64,000 nucleotides of DNA from Glaucostegus cemiculus. Taxonomy: Eukaryota. This document shows, in pieces, positions 48,407 to 61,610 of this stretch (its first letter is position 1; every line of letters starts with the position of its first letter). Under the pieces are notes generated by a model that saw only the letters and a list, made by a program, of their open reading frames with translations, was not told where the DNA came from and made no database searches. A program made the translations under genes and the position numbers. Location: assembly GCA_976551045.1 (NCBI GenBank), contig CDPCPM010000076.1:26784001-26848000 (forward strand). Direction: 5' to 3'.

Positions 48407-51400
48407 AAAGTTGAAATGAATGTTTAATTTTCTACAAGACCACAGAGATTTAATAATATTCTACTGTATATAAACAACAATCATTCCAAAACTGCACCAG
48501 CCTCACCACTGACTGAAATTACAAAACAAGAGGCTCAGAAGGAATGAGCCATGTACTGATGCAGCTTCACTGCTGAAATGCATAAACATGAGCCTACTGC
48601 AGATTTAAATAGTTGTCATCAGAACTCCATCATTAACAGAATCTCATCCCAGAATTTGGTGCACCTTACCAGATGTCACCATGGAGTGGGATGTACAGTG
48701 ATGGTGAATGGAATGTATAATACTGTATGAGCCACCTTTCTGGAAAACTTTATTAGTGAAGCTTTCCTTATGACTGATGCTACTGTTGTTGGTTTACTGG
48801 TGCTGTGCTCAACATGGGAGAAAAATTAAGAGTCCTTATATGTGTCGATGTTATTGTATGAAACATTGTATATTACAGTGAAAGAGGCTTGATTTTTCAA
48901 GGAAGTTTTATCATTATCTCTTTAAAGGTGGAATTTAAGCAAGCAAAATTAAGAAGGTGAAATGACACTGAAGAGTCAAGTTTTGTTTCAAATCATTGAT
49001 AGAAAATCATCTTATAAATATGTTAATCAAAACAGGACTTTGTAACCTTCACTCCATGTCATTATAGTCTCCCTTCCACTGGCCCAAGTCTTTATCATGG
49101 GAAAGGTACCAGTAAAGAGGCTACAATACTGTGAGATGAAAAACACATCTGGGAATTTTTCCACAAAAATTCTGTTTTCCTTTTATCTGAGCCATCACAA
49201 TTCACTCACCACCAGTAATATTGCAATGCAGGAGTAGACAGGAGACTCCCCAGACTTTGCAAAGCACATCCTTCACAACCAAGCACCATAGTATAGAAAA
49301 AGAAGTACTGTACATTGTGCAGTAGCTGAAACTATTTATCCATATTTTAAGGAAGTTGCTTGATTACAAATTGGTAAAAATTGTTCAAAAAGTTGATGAT
49401 TTAATTTTTTTTTAAATGTTAATATTGTACATCCCAATGTTGCTTTAAATGAAGCATAAAAGGGCAGGGAGTTAAATTTTTTGCAGGATTCTGAATCTTA
49501 TCCAAAATGATAGTGGTTCAAATGTCTGTGTATGGTTTATTATACTTACATATTTTAATTTTAAAGGCAGTTGAGTAATCAAGTGGTTTCTGAGAAGCAA
49601 CTGAGGTGAAATTTCAAAGTGCAGAAGGTAAGGGTTGTTTTTAATGAAGCTTGAAACACATTTTCTAAACTTGAGTAATCACAGTGACTTGATATAACCA
49701 TATAATTTGAGTAAATAAACCTACTGATGATGACAACACAGCCATAAAACAGAATTTGAGGAAAATCAGACCTTTATTGCAAAATCTGCATATATTTGCA
49801 TTTCCTGAGCTTGTAGATGATAGAATGATGCTTCAAAATTTATGCTATATTTAGAAAGATTCATAAAATTAATTTTGCTGAACATGAACCTAAATATTTA
49901 TACAATGTGGTTGTGTTTTTGAAGAGCTCCCCACACTTTTGACAACCTAATACATCTCTATAAAGTAATGTGATGATTGAAAAATACCTACTTGTGATCC
50001 AATATATATTTCTACTGCATAAAATGACCATTAAATGGAATGAGAATCATTTTCATGATATTGAAAGATCTTTGAAATTCTTGCATTAATTAGTATATCA
50101 ATGACAATAATATTACACCAAAGTTAGTCATAGGTGTATTTATGTAGTGCCAGCAATGCAGAGTTATATTTATGGAAATATATAAATATAATCTTTATCC
50201 AAATGTCTATGTATATATCATATTTATATTGGAAAATGTATTATTGGTGAATCCAGCTTTCTGAGCCTTTGAATGTGCCAACAAAATCATGGCAGGAGTG
50301 TACAAGCCTGCTGAATAGACAAACTGATAGCAGTATACTTGCATTGTACAACATTCCACAATATTTTCTACAACCATGCAGAGAAGGAAGAACATTTTAT
50401 ACATTACTAGGTCAAAAGTAGTGCAAGTCAAAGCTGCAGTATTGGGGAATACACTCCTGACACTGGGCAGAGTAGGGTTAACATAAATGAGCTGGAGGAG
50501 AGGTGGAAGGAATAACTAACTTTCTTTTAAAACAGATACTAATTACAGCAAATGTGATTTATATCTTTGGATCATAATCTTTGCTCCTGATTCTTGCTGA
50601 TTATAAAATTTCTAGCCAATGTTAATGGGCTAAGGCCACAGTAAACACAAGCAAATCTTCCTTTCTGATTTCTGTCTTACTTATAAAACATTTGGTATCA
50701 GTCTTATTTATTCTTAATAGTGAGGTCCTGTCCACTGCACATTCCAGTTTATTTTGGTCAGCAGAAATGCATTGCATTGCCTCTGGAAGATTGGTGTTCA
50801 TTTTATTTGGCCTCTGACAATTTTCAGTCTGCAGAATCAGTTCTGTTGTACCAGAAACCACTCTAGTGAGCCGACAATACAAACAAGAAGGTATACTGCT
50901 TGTTAAGCGTGCTCTGCTCTGTACTGAAAAGAAAGTAACATGAGCGGTACACTTGAATGATTCTTGCAACTAATCCTATGTTACCAAGGAGTCTGTGTAC
51001 ACTTTTGTAATAATCATACAAATTACTCAAAAATATTGGAATGTCTCTGCATAACTAATTGTATTTGGCATGGTTAGCACTTAACAGTCAATTGAATCTT
51101 TTTAGAGGTGCTGAGGGGGTTCTCCATACCTCTGCCAAAATTTTATGTTTTTGGGGTACTTCTAGGATGTTGGAAAGTCTAGGAGCTCTGAATTCTTTCA
51201 GCGCTGACATGCAGATGATGTTTACATTTCAGTTGCCAGTTTTAATTCCTCTGCTGCACCTGAAAGAAATGGCTTTCAGTTCTGGAGTTAATTCAGCTGG
51301 CGGGGGAGTTGTGATCGACCTATCCTTTTGTACAAAATATGCATTTATTGTACAGTGCACCAATTTATTTGTAATTTTTACACAAAATACAAGTAAGCAG

Positions 51401-51805
51401 GATTTAAATAAATTGAAAATTCAGATTATTTTGATTCAAAAGCTGAGTTAGAAACATTCTTCATAGGTCAATTTGTTGTTGATTGCAATCTTTTGGACAA
51501 ATAATAAACTTTTAGAAGGTTGCATGGGATAGAAAATACTATCTTTTCAACTATAGACTAAATTTGCAACACAGGAGGCCAAATATTGAACTTAGAGCAG
51601 CTATATACACTGCCTTTCAGTATCAATGGACTCTGTTAAGGCAAGGAAGTATCTTTTCAGTACCACAATTTATACTAAAACTTTGGTTGTTCTACTGTAC
51701 TTTTTGTTCAGCATGTGAAGAATATTTCCTTTCTTAATTTAAACCTTCTGTGTTATTCTGCAGTTAACAGTTTGCAAATAAACAAAGATGTTAAAATGAG
51801 CAAAT
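48407..51805 (+). other. Putative long KLHL4 3'UTR
   Basis: No recognisable transposon fragments after the stop, unlike the introns. AATAAA candidates at ~49714, ~51407, 51503 and 51777; TGTATATA (Pumilio-type) at 48465 and 50210. The true end is not determinable. Confidence 0.5.
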
Positions 51806-53379
51806 TTTGCTGCAACCTTTGTTACCAAAGTTTAAGTAGAATGAAACCAGGCTGTGAGGTTTTGAGCACAATTCTCCCTGGACATACTTGTAAAAATATT
51901 TAGTAGTAGACAAGTCACAATTATAATATATGAAAATTGATCGATCTAATTGAAAAATGAAAGTACACTGATAACAAAAAGAGTGTATATTTACACTGAA
52001 AAAGTGTGGATGGTCAGAGAATAAGGGAAGCATCAGACTCATCCATTGCCCTTTCTTTGAGGTTACTGGAGAGCAAGATCATTTCACTGGGAATGAAAAA
52101 CCTGATTCAATGTCTTAAAATAGTTCACTGAACTGCTGTTTGCTCTGAAGTACTCTTCTAGATACTTGCATTGGAATCCAATCCACAGGTCCATTTACTC
52201 TGATAACTGTTAAGGATTACAAATGAATCAGATTCAGGTAATTTCAATTAAAATAAAAACTTAATCTGAAACTTCCCACTTATTTCGAGCTGACTACTTC
52301 ATTCATGACTGAGAATATGCATAAAAAGTAAATAGTTTAAAGTGAAAAGAAAAACATTATTAAAACACTGCATGATTATTTGAAAAAACAGCTGAAATAA
52401 AATTATTTTAACTTTTGTTGGACATATTGAAATATTGCTGATACATTGAATCCCATAAGAAAAAGATTTAGCTTATAAGTGTAAATATTGCTTTGAAACA
52501 TTGACCATTCACCTTAGAGTGTAAGAGTTCAGCTTGCTTGTCTATCTCCTCTGATACCTGCAGAATTCATTCAGTGTCCTCACTACAATTGAACAGAATG
52601 CCAGATTTACAGGAAAGCTTCAAAATGTAAACTTGTGAAGCAAGTAGGATTTTAGCAGATCTGTAAAAACCTTCTTCCAGTAATCAAATCACAGAGTCCC
52701 TCAGAGGCACTCCAAAAAGTAATGTCATGGGATATGGACAGCTCTATTTGAAATTGTGAATGAAGTTGAGAAGATTCGGTTAAAAATCTTTGTTAGATAT
52801 CTTTATTTTGGTGCAGAACAAATAATTTTACATTAAGGCACTGATTTTATAGATGTGCATTATATCATTAGTTTTCAGAAAGTTAAGAAGAAAAAGATGA
52901 GCATTAAGAACAACAAGAGATGACTGTAACCAAAATGATCCTCTTAAACACAGAGAATTCTGGTGATGATGCTCTGTGTAAGATTAAAGCGTGAAATTAA
53001 CTATTATCCATAGATATATCTAATTGAAAATAAATAAGAACATGATTCAAGAATTAGGAGCAAGAATAGACCATACATATATTCAAGTCTGCAGCACCAT
53101 TCCATAAGATCAAAGATAATTTCCTATCACAACATTTTACCTCCCTACCTTCACACCTCTCAAATCCCATATCGCCCCTGTTCTTCCCTCAAGTACCATC
53201 ACAGGAATTTTTTAGATCCACCTCAAGGAGGGTACACACAGAACAAAACTTAATGCTCTATCGTGCTCCTTAAAATTCTGACAAGGCTGCACCAGTTCAG
53301 CTCTGCAAAAAAAATCTCTGGAGTGAGGTCTGCGAGTGCTGGCTCCGAAACAATACATCAATTATTAGATTACTAATAC

Positions 53380-53490
53380 AGGGTTTCAGACTGAAATGTC
53401 AACTATTTCTTTCCTCTCATAAATGCTGAATTCCTCCAGCATATTGTTTGTTGCTCCAGTATTCCAGCATCTGCACTCTTGTATCTCTTT
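53380..53490 (+). mobile_element. Penelope-like pLTR end fragment
   Basis: agggtttcagactgaaatgtcaactatttctttcctc...ttcctccagcatattgtttgttgctccagtattccagcatctgca. Confidence 0.65.
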
Positions 53491-54814
53491 CAATGATTAG
53501 ATATAGATATTTATAATCTATGCATTCTTTAAGATTTTAATATCAATCATTATCTTCATTACTCTAGAATCTAAAGGGCTAGCACCACTAGTTAAAATCC
53601 AATAGATATTATACTTTTAATCATAATCTATTCTTGCTTTCGTCAATTTTTGCAGATAGGAGATAACAAAACTGGTACATTATGGCAAAAGTCAGAACAA
53701 TGTACAGATATGCTTATGGTTGCATTTGGATTAAACCTAGGCAATGATATAGTAAACAAGTTGAGCTGGTCGAAGCAGATCTAAGGATAGTGTGATTATT
53801 TTCTCCAGGATGATTTAGCTGTCTCTGCTGATAAAATTATTGAAGACTATGATGTTACAATGTGCTTAATTATAACATATCTAGAGGCATTGTGGTCATG
53901 ATCTTTACAGTGTTAAGAAAAATGCACGGAACAGCATCACCTACATGGCTTCTTTTGACCCTAAAGTGCCTTTAACTCTGTTAATCAATAAAGATGGTGC
54001 AGGAACCTATGGTTGCACCCAACTGTTCTTCCCCACACCATGGCATGTAAACTATGAATTCAATGAGTAGGTCAGTGGACTGGGGCCAGCATGGCTGTTT
54101 TATCACTTCAATCCTATGTCCAGTCTTTTTCAAGGGAAATTGTTCAAGGCCTGTTACCATAGTCTATCTCCAGCACCTCCCTCCAATTCCAGAACTAGGG
54201 TTACTCCAACCTCAGTCATTGAGTTGTGGGACACATATGATACTAGCATCTGTCCACTCTTGGAGGCCAAGCTCAAAGTAATCATTGACTGAACATTATG
54301 AGAGCATGAACCTTACACGACAAACAAAGGTCCTCTATCAACCTGCCTTTGCTGCATAACACCACCATCTGATAATAAAGATCGATCACAAGGCTCTGGA
54401 AAACGCCGACCACTTTCTGTAGCCAGACCTCAGTAGGGGCAGATACTGATGCTGAAATTCACCTTCACCTCCTGTGTTCTGTGAACTAACACAGCATTTG
54501 ACCACCTGTGGCTCGACACAAAGCTCATGAGTGAGCTGCAGCAGTGACACCAACTTCACCACAATGGATGTGTCAAAGCACTAGAGAGATACCACCATTG
54601 CTGTCTCCATATAAACCTCTAAATTCACAGGGAGGACAAGCAAACCAACATCAGTATCCTCTACCAGGCTAATATTTCCAGTACTGAGGCTCTAATCACA
54701 TTCTGATGTGCGGGTCACTTCATTTGCCCAGCACCAGACTCCAGATATAGGCACTCTACTCATAGCAAGAGATGGCTGGTCAGACGGATGGAACAATTCA
54801 AGAATATTCCACTA

Positions 54815-55110
54815 TCTTCTACCTATCACCTCCCAGCTTCTCACATTATTCTCACTTCCCTCCTCCCTCCCCACCTACCTACCTTGCTCCCTCACCTGGA
54901 TTCACCTATCACCCACCAGTTCATGCTCTTCCCCCTCACCACCCTTTTATTCTGGCTTGTGCCCTCTCTCTTTTCAGTCCTAATGAAGGGTCTCGGCCCA
55001 AAATGTCAAATGTTCATTTCCCTCCATAGATGCTGCCTGACCCATTGAGTTCCTCCTGCATTTTATGTGTGATGCTCCAGATTTCCAGCACCTGCATTCT
55101 CTCTTGCATC
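54815..55110 (+). mobile_element. Penelope-like pLTR with degenerate minimal hammerhead motif (54975-55012)
   Basis: Reverse-complement homologue of 13228-13540; contains cagtc-ctaatga-agggtctcggccc-aaaa-tg-tc-aaatg. Confidence 0.75.
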
Positions 55111-55203
55111 AAGGGTATTCTCACAGCCTCCTTGATAAATCATGGCATCCTCACTAATTCATGGTAAACCCTGGCTTTTGACCAGTCAAAATGGAGAAAG
55201 TGC

Positions 55204-55760
55204 AAAGTCAAAGTCGAGGTTATTGTCAGATGCACAAGTACATATATCCACAGGTGCAATGAAAAACTTACAGCAACATCACAGGCACATAACATCGTAT
55301 AAGCAGCATTCACAAGAAAAGCATAAATTAAACTAATTATACACAAGATACCTTTATTAGTCACATGTACATTGAAACAGTGCAATGCATCTTTTGCGTT
55401 GAGTGATCTGGGGACAGCCCGCAAGTGTCGCCACGCTTCCAGCATCAACGCAGCATGCCCACAACGTCCTAATCTGTATATCTTTGGAATGTGGGAGGAA
55501 ACCGGAGTACCTGGAGGAAACCCACGCAGACACGGGGAGAATGTACTAACTCCTTACAGACAGCAGCCAGAAATGAACCCGGGTTTCTGGCGCTGTAATA
55601 GCATTATGCTAACTGCTACACTACCATGCCTGCCCCTATTTGTACAATGTGTACAAGAAAAAAACACAATTAGAACAAAAAGAAACACTTTAGTGCAGGG
55701 ATCAGGATGGTCATAGTGTTGCTAAACTATAGTGATGATAAGGGTTTTGCCATCTAGTTA
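55204..55760 (-). mobile_element. Rex/L2-type 3' end with (GACTTT)n tail, interrupted by a nested V-SINE (~55345-55630)
   Basis: aaagtcaaagtcgaggttattgtc tail. The nested copy has a V core (tgtgggaggaaaccggagtacctggaggaaacccacgcagacacggggaga) and a tail homologous to 29763-29845. Confidence 0.65.
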
Positions 55761-55994
55761 GAACTGAGAACCTTGAGTCTCTTTTTTTTTGGAAGCAGGT
55801 GAAAACCCAAAGGAAATGACTGAAGGGGTGCACTGCCTCCCATACTACATCTATCTGCCCCATCAAACACTTCCTGCCCCAGCTGTAGCAACATCAGCAG
55901 GTCTTATACTGGCCTCATCAACCACCTCAGAAGCCACAGAACTGAAGAGGAAGCGAGTCAAGTATGACCCCTAGGGACTGCCTTAAAAGAAGGA

Positions 55995-56200
55995 TTCAGT
56001 GTTTGAGGTATTGCCTTTTGGATGTTAAATGAAGATCCTGTCAGCTCTGTCAAGTTGACATAAAAGAACCTACAGCACAATTTGAAGAACAGGGTTTTCC
56101 TGCTGTCCTGGCCAACATATTAAGGGAATATATGACAATCAGCTGTCAAACACAGCTATATGACAACACTTTGCAAATATTCTTATTCATTGTGGAGCTA
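55995..56200 (+). mobile_element. Ancient DeuSINE-like (SacSINE1/AmnSINE1-type Deu domain) fragment
   Basis: gccttttggatgttaaatgaagatcctgtcagctctgtcaagttgacataaaagaacctacagcacaatttgaagaacagggttttcctgctgtcctggccaacatatt resembles the recalled Deu-domain consensus. Confidence 0.55.
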
Positions 56201-59200
56201 CCTGTGAGTGTAAATTGAAAAGTACTAGTCAAATAAAAATTTAAGTTATTTTTTCCACCCTTGAAGACTCCAGATGATTAATAGTTAATTAAAAGGATTG
56301 CATGGGTTAAACATTAACACCATCAAATTTAATTGTATTGGACAGTAAGACACAGAAGGAATCGTTTCCAGCAATTGTCCAAGAAGTTGATTGCCAGCTA
56401 TACAAGTTCCAGTGTGATGCCAGCATCAAATTACTATCATAGCATACTGCTGAGCTTAGTAATTGATATAAATAATGCATGCAATCTGCCAGTTAAAAAC
56501 AAACATTGACAAGTAGATGTCCATAAAATATTTTTGTAACATGATTGATATTATGCTATTCTGTATTGAAGGTTGGATATTTAATAACTAACTCTACATT
56601 GTGCAAGAGTATGAGTGAAAATAGAATTTTCTATTAAAGCATAGGCTATAAACCAATGGTAAACAACTCTGAAACTATGCATTTGACGATGTTAACAACA
56701 CCTCAGAAGGAACTAACACAAACCGAAAGACACTGAACCTGATGATTTGGTTGTTAAGCATCGTGAGAGCCAGCGACGCAAAACCTGATCTTTAACTGGG
56801 TCTTCCCTCTTGGAAGGTCAAGAGACAGGGCCTGACAATAACCTTACAAGGCTATCAGAATGCATCCAAGGAGATCTCATTCATCCAGTAGTGTGAAATC
56901 ACCATGCATTATACTCACTAAATGGCCACAAGGAACATACTGTTTACTATTGTGCAGTTTGATAGATTGAGAAGCATATTAAGTTGTCAATCAATATAAT
57001 CTCCATCAACTCCAACACACACTACAAAGAATACCCCTAAGTCTCTCAGATGCTTTGCAAATTAGAGCCTTTTCAAATTCTTCTCCTTCCATACCAGTTC
57101 TTTTTCCCTTCTACTTATACGACTTACTGCACTTTCAGTGTCTGAAGTGCAGATCTGAGTTTCAAAAATTCTTTAATATATTGCTCATTGATCCTGCAAA
57201 TCCTTTGCATCTTATTAGGATGGAAAAATTGCCATTTGAAACCTCAAATTATTAGTTCTGTTATATCCTAACAAGTGCTCCAATTTGCAATCAGAAGATT
57301 ACAGACATACAGTGCAATATAAATAGGTTTGCTGGAAGATAATATAATTATTTTCTTAAGAATGAAGACATGGGTATTGATATGAATGCACAATTATGCA
57401 TTGGTTAGTTTCCACAATTCATTTTGTTTGAAGAAAATGATGGTTATAAAAACCACTCAAAGGTTATAAAGATCTTGAATGAGCCCCAAAAAAATCAAGT
57501 TGTTTCAAGCTAATGAGAATTACCTCTAGTTATTGATTTGGATTGTTTATCAAAGCTATAGTTGACTTAGACTTGCCTGACCTCTTATAAAAGATTGTGA
57601 GGTTTGGAAACAACTTTAAATGTCTCTGTTACACTAAAGCACTCACACTCAGTCCTTGCACTAATCCCATGTCCACTCCAATCTGCTGTGACATCCATGG
57701 GATGGGCGACCCTTGAGGCGTCCACTCCGCAAACCTTCCATGAGGCAAAGCGACAACATGTGGCAACTAGACCACAGGTGGTGGAACCTGAGGCTCCATC
57801 TCTCCCAGTTCTTCTCTGACAACTTTGAAAGGTCATCACTGTCAAAGGCAACTTACACTTCAGAGGCATTTAAAAACAGTTCAAATTGATTTAAATAATT
57901 AAATGTAAAAATTATTTTAACATTTATTACAATGGAAAAGATAATAAGTTATGTTAAAATACACAGAACTGCTACATTTAAAAATAAAAAAAGGTGAAAT
58001 AATGAAAAATAAGAAATTTAACCTGAAACTGAACTTAAATCAGCAATCCCATTCAAATGAATGGGTGTGTTGCTTTTATGTCAGTCATGCTGGGTTAAAG
58101 CAGAGGAGCCAGACGCAAAGTGTGTTCAGCACCTCAATGGAATACAATCTGGGAATACAATCTGGAACTACCACTGGTCTCAGTGGTTAGTTCAGTGACA
58201 CAGAAGGAGTTCAGGCACACCAACATCCGATCTCCAACTTCTGAATTGCAGTGTATGGACGTAGAAATTGAAGAGGCTTCGAACACCAGAAGGCCCCTTC
58301 AGCTTCCATATGGAATCCAGTTACAGAGGGTCGTCATGGACACATCAGCATCTGTCGCTCATCCTTAAGTCATGGAGTCACAGAATCGTGCAGCAAGGAA
58401 ACAGGTTTCTCAGCCCACTATGTCCATGTTGATCATTGTACTAATCTATACTAGTCTTATTGAGTAGCATTCGGTCTGTATTCTATTATAGCATGTTAAT
58501 TCAAGTGGGGCTGCAAGAGTCCTGCAACAGCTGAATGAAGGCAGTTTCCTTTGGCCAATATTGTTCCATCCTGTACCTTAATGTGAGTCTAAGCTTCAGT
58601 TGATGATAACAATAATGTTTTGTTTATTGTAATGTTATATTTTTGTTTGTTGGTCAAAGGCTATTGTTTTCAAAGAACAAAAATAGTGACCTTGACTGCC
58701 AAAGTAACTATTTATGGATGACTGCTGGCAGTAGTTAACATGAGCATTCCCACAAGACACAGGAAGCTGGTGTCAGAAAAGGAGGCTCCACATCATTCTT
58801 CAAAAGCAACAAACATCTGGCACTGCATTCACTGTGCAAGGGCCATGCTGAGCACCTTTCCCACTTATCAGCGGATGCATTAAAAAAATCCAGAAAGCAG
58901 ACAGTGTTAACAAATATGGAACTGCCTGTCAGGCACTGCTAATTTTGGACACATACAACACAGTCTGATTATAGAGTAATAGGGTCATACAGCAAGGAAA
59001 CAGGTCCATTGGCCAACCAAGTTTGCTTTGACCATCAAACACTCATTTCCGCTGATTCACTTTTATTTTCTGCAGTTAATAAGAGAATAATGTAAAGGAC
59101 TGAGATAAATAAAGAATTAAAAACTATAGATAGTCTGAAACAATATAACATTCTAAAATGGATCATTGATTTCTGAAAAGGGAAACCAAACTATTAACCC

Positions 59201-59929
59201 AGCTTATTTTCAGACATTGACAATTCTGTTGTCTATTTCCAACATTGTTTTTAATTTGTTAGTGTTACCTAAAAATGTGACTTGTTTTATACCTTAACTA
59301 AAATGTCTAAATTTGAACTTTGCTCAAGAGCACTCCTCGCTCTCTGAATAGTTTTGATCTGCATTCATGCACTACACTGCAATAATCAACAGTAAAATTA
59401 AGATAAATAAAACAAATACAAATGTGAAAAATAGTTTTAATAATCACAAATCTGAAAGCTCATTAATTGGAATGATTAATTTTGGTTCTTCTTCACAGGT
59501 AGTGCTTATTCTGCTGAGTACTCTCAGCATTTTTATTTTTATGTCATCCCCTGTGTTTTTAATCTATCATTCCTTGTTCTTCCTCCTCTTTGTCCTATTT
59601 CTCAAAATGACCTTGTTTTACTCTTTTCTATCCATTCCCATTAATTCCTCAAAAGTGTTTAATTTTCTTTTGCCAATCTGTGACTGGGATATATTTTGGA
59701 CAACTTAAAAGGCAAATTTTGGAACCAATCTAGTAAAGTAAAATGCCAGAAGGAACTTCCAATGTGGAAAACATGTCCAAATAAAATTGTCAATCATCTC
59801 TGAATCTGACAGTGCATAGGCAGCTAAACCTGTCCATGGTTCTTGGAAGTTTAATAATTTAGGTCTGCAGCTAAACTGACATTTCCACATTGCTGTGAAA
59901 TAGTTTTGCAGTATGGAAAAATGAAGTCA

Positions 59930-61610
59930 ATTGGTGATATGACTCCAGAAGAATCACTGGCATTTGGGAATTTCAATCCAGATTCATGATTTATTTCTTT
60001 GAACTCTAGTATAATGCAGCTCTTTGATGAATGTAATGTTAAGACTTAAGGACAACACAACAACTTGCATTTTACTACATAACAATATCTCAAGGAGGCA
60101 GAAGGATAAATGTAAGAACGCAAGAAAATAGGAGCAAAAGTCAACAGGTAACAACCCAGAAAAAGAAGAGGGCAGTTCTGTGAAGAGTTTTAGGGAATAA
60201 GGCTGGGCAGCTAAAAGGGACAGCTGAAAGAAATTCTTGGTGGTTGTGACTGTAAGCCACTTCTCATTTTCAAGGGCTTTGGAAAAGAACAGGGATAGAC
60301 TGGGAATAAAACTGCATTGGGGAACAAACAAGGTTAATAAGATTGACTGGAAGCAGTTACTGGAATGTAAATCAGTGTTGTGGAGGCATTCGTAGAAAAA
60401 ATCCTCACAAAGAGAAAAACTCTTGAGTCTCAGATCTTGGTTCTTATTGATGAAAATTAGCATACAGGGTAGGATAGGGGTCAATGGGAGAGCTTCTGTT
60501 ATACCTCACTAACAATGTAGAAAGCCCAGAGAAATATAGAAGGTGTGGGGATGAAAGTGAAAAGGAAATCAGAGCAGCTGGAAGGTGGTATTGGAAAATA
60601 TTGTCAGATAAACTCAAGGAAATCCCCAAAATATTTTATATACACAGAGCAAACAGGTAACAAAGGAAAAGATAGTTCACATCTAAAGATAAGAGATATG
60701 GTTTTGGTTCTCTTGGTGTGAATTTCACTAAAGTATGGGATAAGATATAAGGAGGAAGCATGTGAAATGTTGAATGGAATAATGCAGACAAGGTGGTTTA
60801 TCACCTTTGAAAGTCCATATATTGTCAAGCCTAGAGGAAACATATCCCAGACTGCTGAGAAGCAAAATGGTATCTATCATCTCCCCAGTCCTCTGTGGTT
60901 AAAGGTGTGGTGCTGAAGCACAGGTTACGTTATGCTATGCTAAAAAGGGAATAAGGATCGATCATCTAAGTACAGACAAGTTAGCTTCGGCTCAATTATT
61001 GGAAAATCATTGGAGGAAATTCTGATGGCAACATTAATTATTATTAAGATGGATACAACTTAATTAATGGTTTCATTTAGGGAATGTTGTGTACGATCAC
61101 CTTGATTGGATTTTTTTAAGAAGTAGCAAGGAGCGTTGAGTATAATAAATATCAACTACATAGATTTTACCAAGGCTCATGAAAGGTTCACATGAGATGG
61201 ACTGATCAGAAAAATAAAAGCCTACAGAATCCAAGGAAAGGTGCCAAGGTGAATGGAAATCTGATTCAGTGGTGGAAAATCAGGTGTTTTGGTGATCGGA
61301 AGCTATTTATTGAGCGTTCTACAGGCCTTAACACAGGGTAATTTGCATGCTATGCTAGTTACCAATGATTTAGGATTGAATGAAGGGGTGATGTTTGAGA
61401 AATGTATAGGTAATACAAAAATGTGCCTGTGTCATTGAGAGCTGAGGAAGAAAATTATAGTTATTGAGGATTTATCAATAGATTGGTCAGGTGAACAGAA
61501 AATTGGCAAATGGAATTGAATCCACAGAACTGTAAGGCAATGCACTAAGGGAAGGAGAATAAGGATTGGGAATGCTCAATGATTGATAGGACATTGAAAA
61601 GTAAAGAGAA
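59930..61610 (+). mobile_element. Long, heavily decayed CR1 LINE ORF2 fragment
   Basis: Remnants of ..IKENPK.FY.Y (ctcaaggaaatccccaaaatattttatatacac), DF.KA..KVPH (gattttaccaaggctcatgaaaggttccacat) and WQME.NP..C (aattggcaaatggaattgaatccacagaactgtaag). Confidence 0.7.

Noticed and set aside
59984-60484. Longest ORF in the track (166 aa, minus strand)
   Set aside because: Antisense to a decayed CR1 ORF2, with L/F/S-rich composition and no domain motif.
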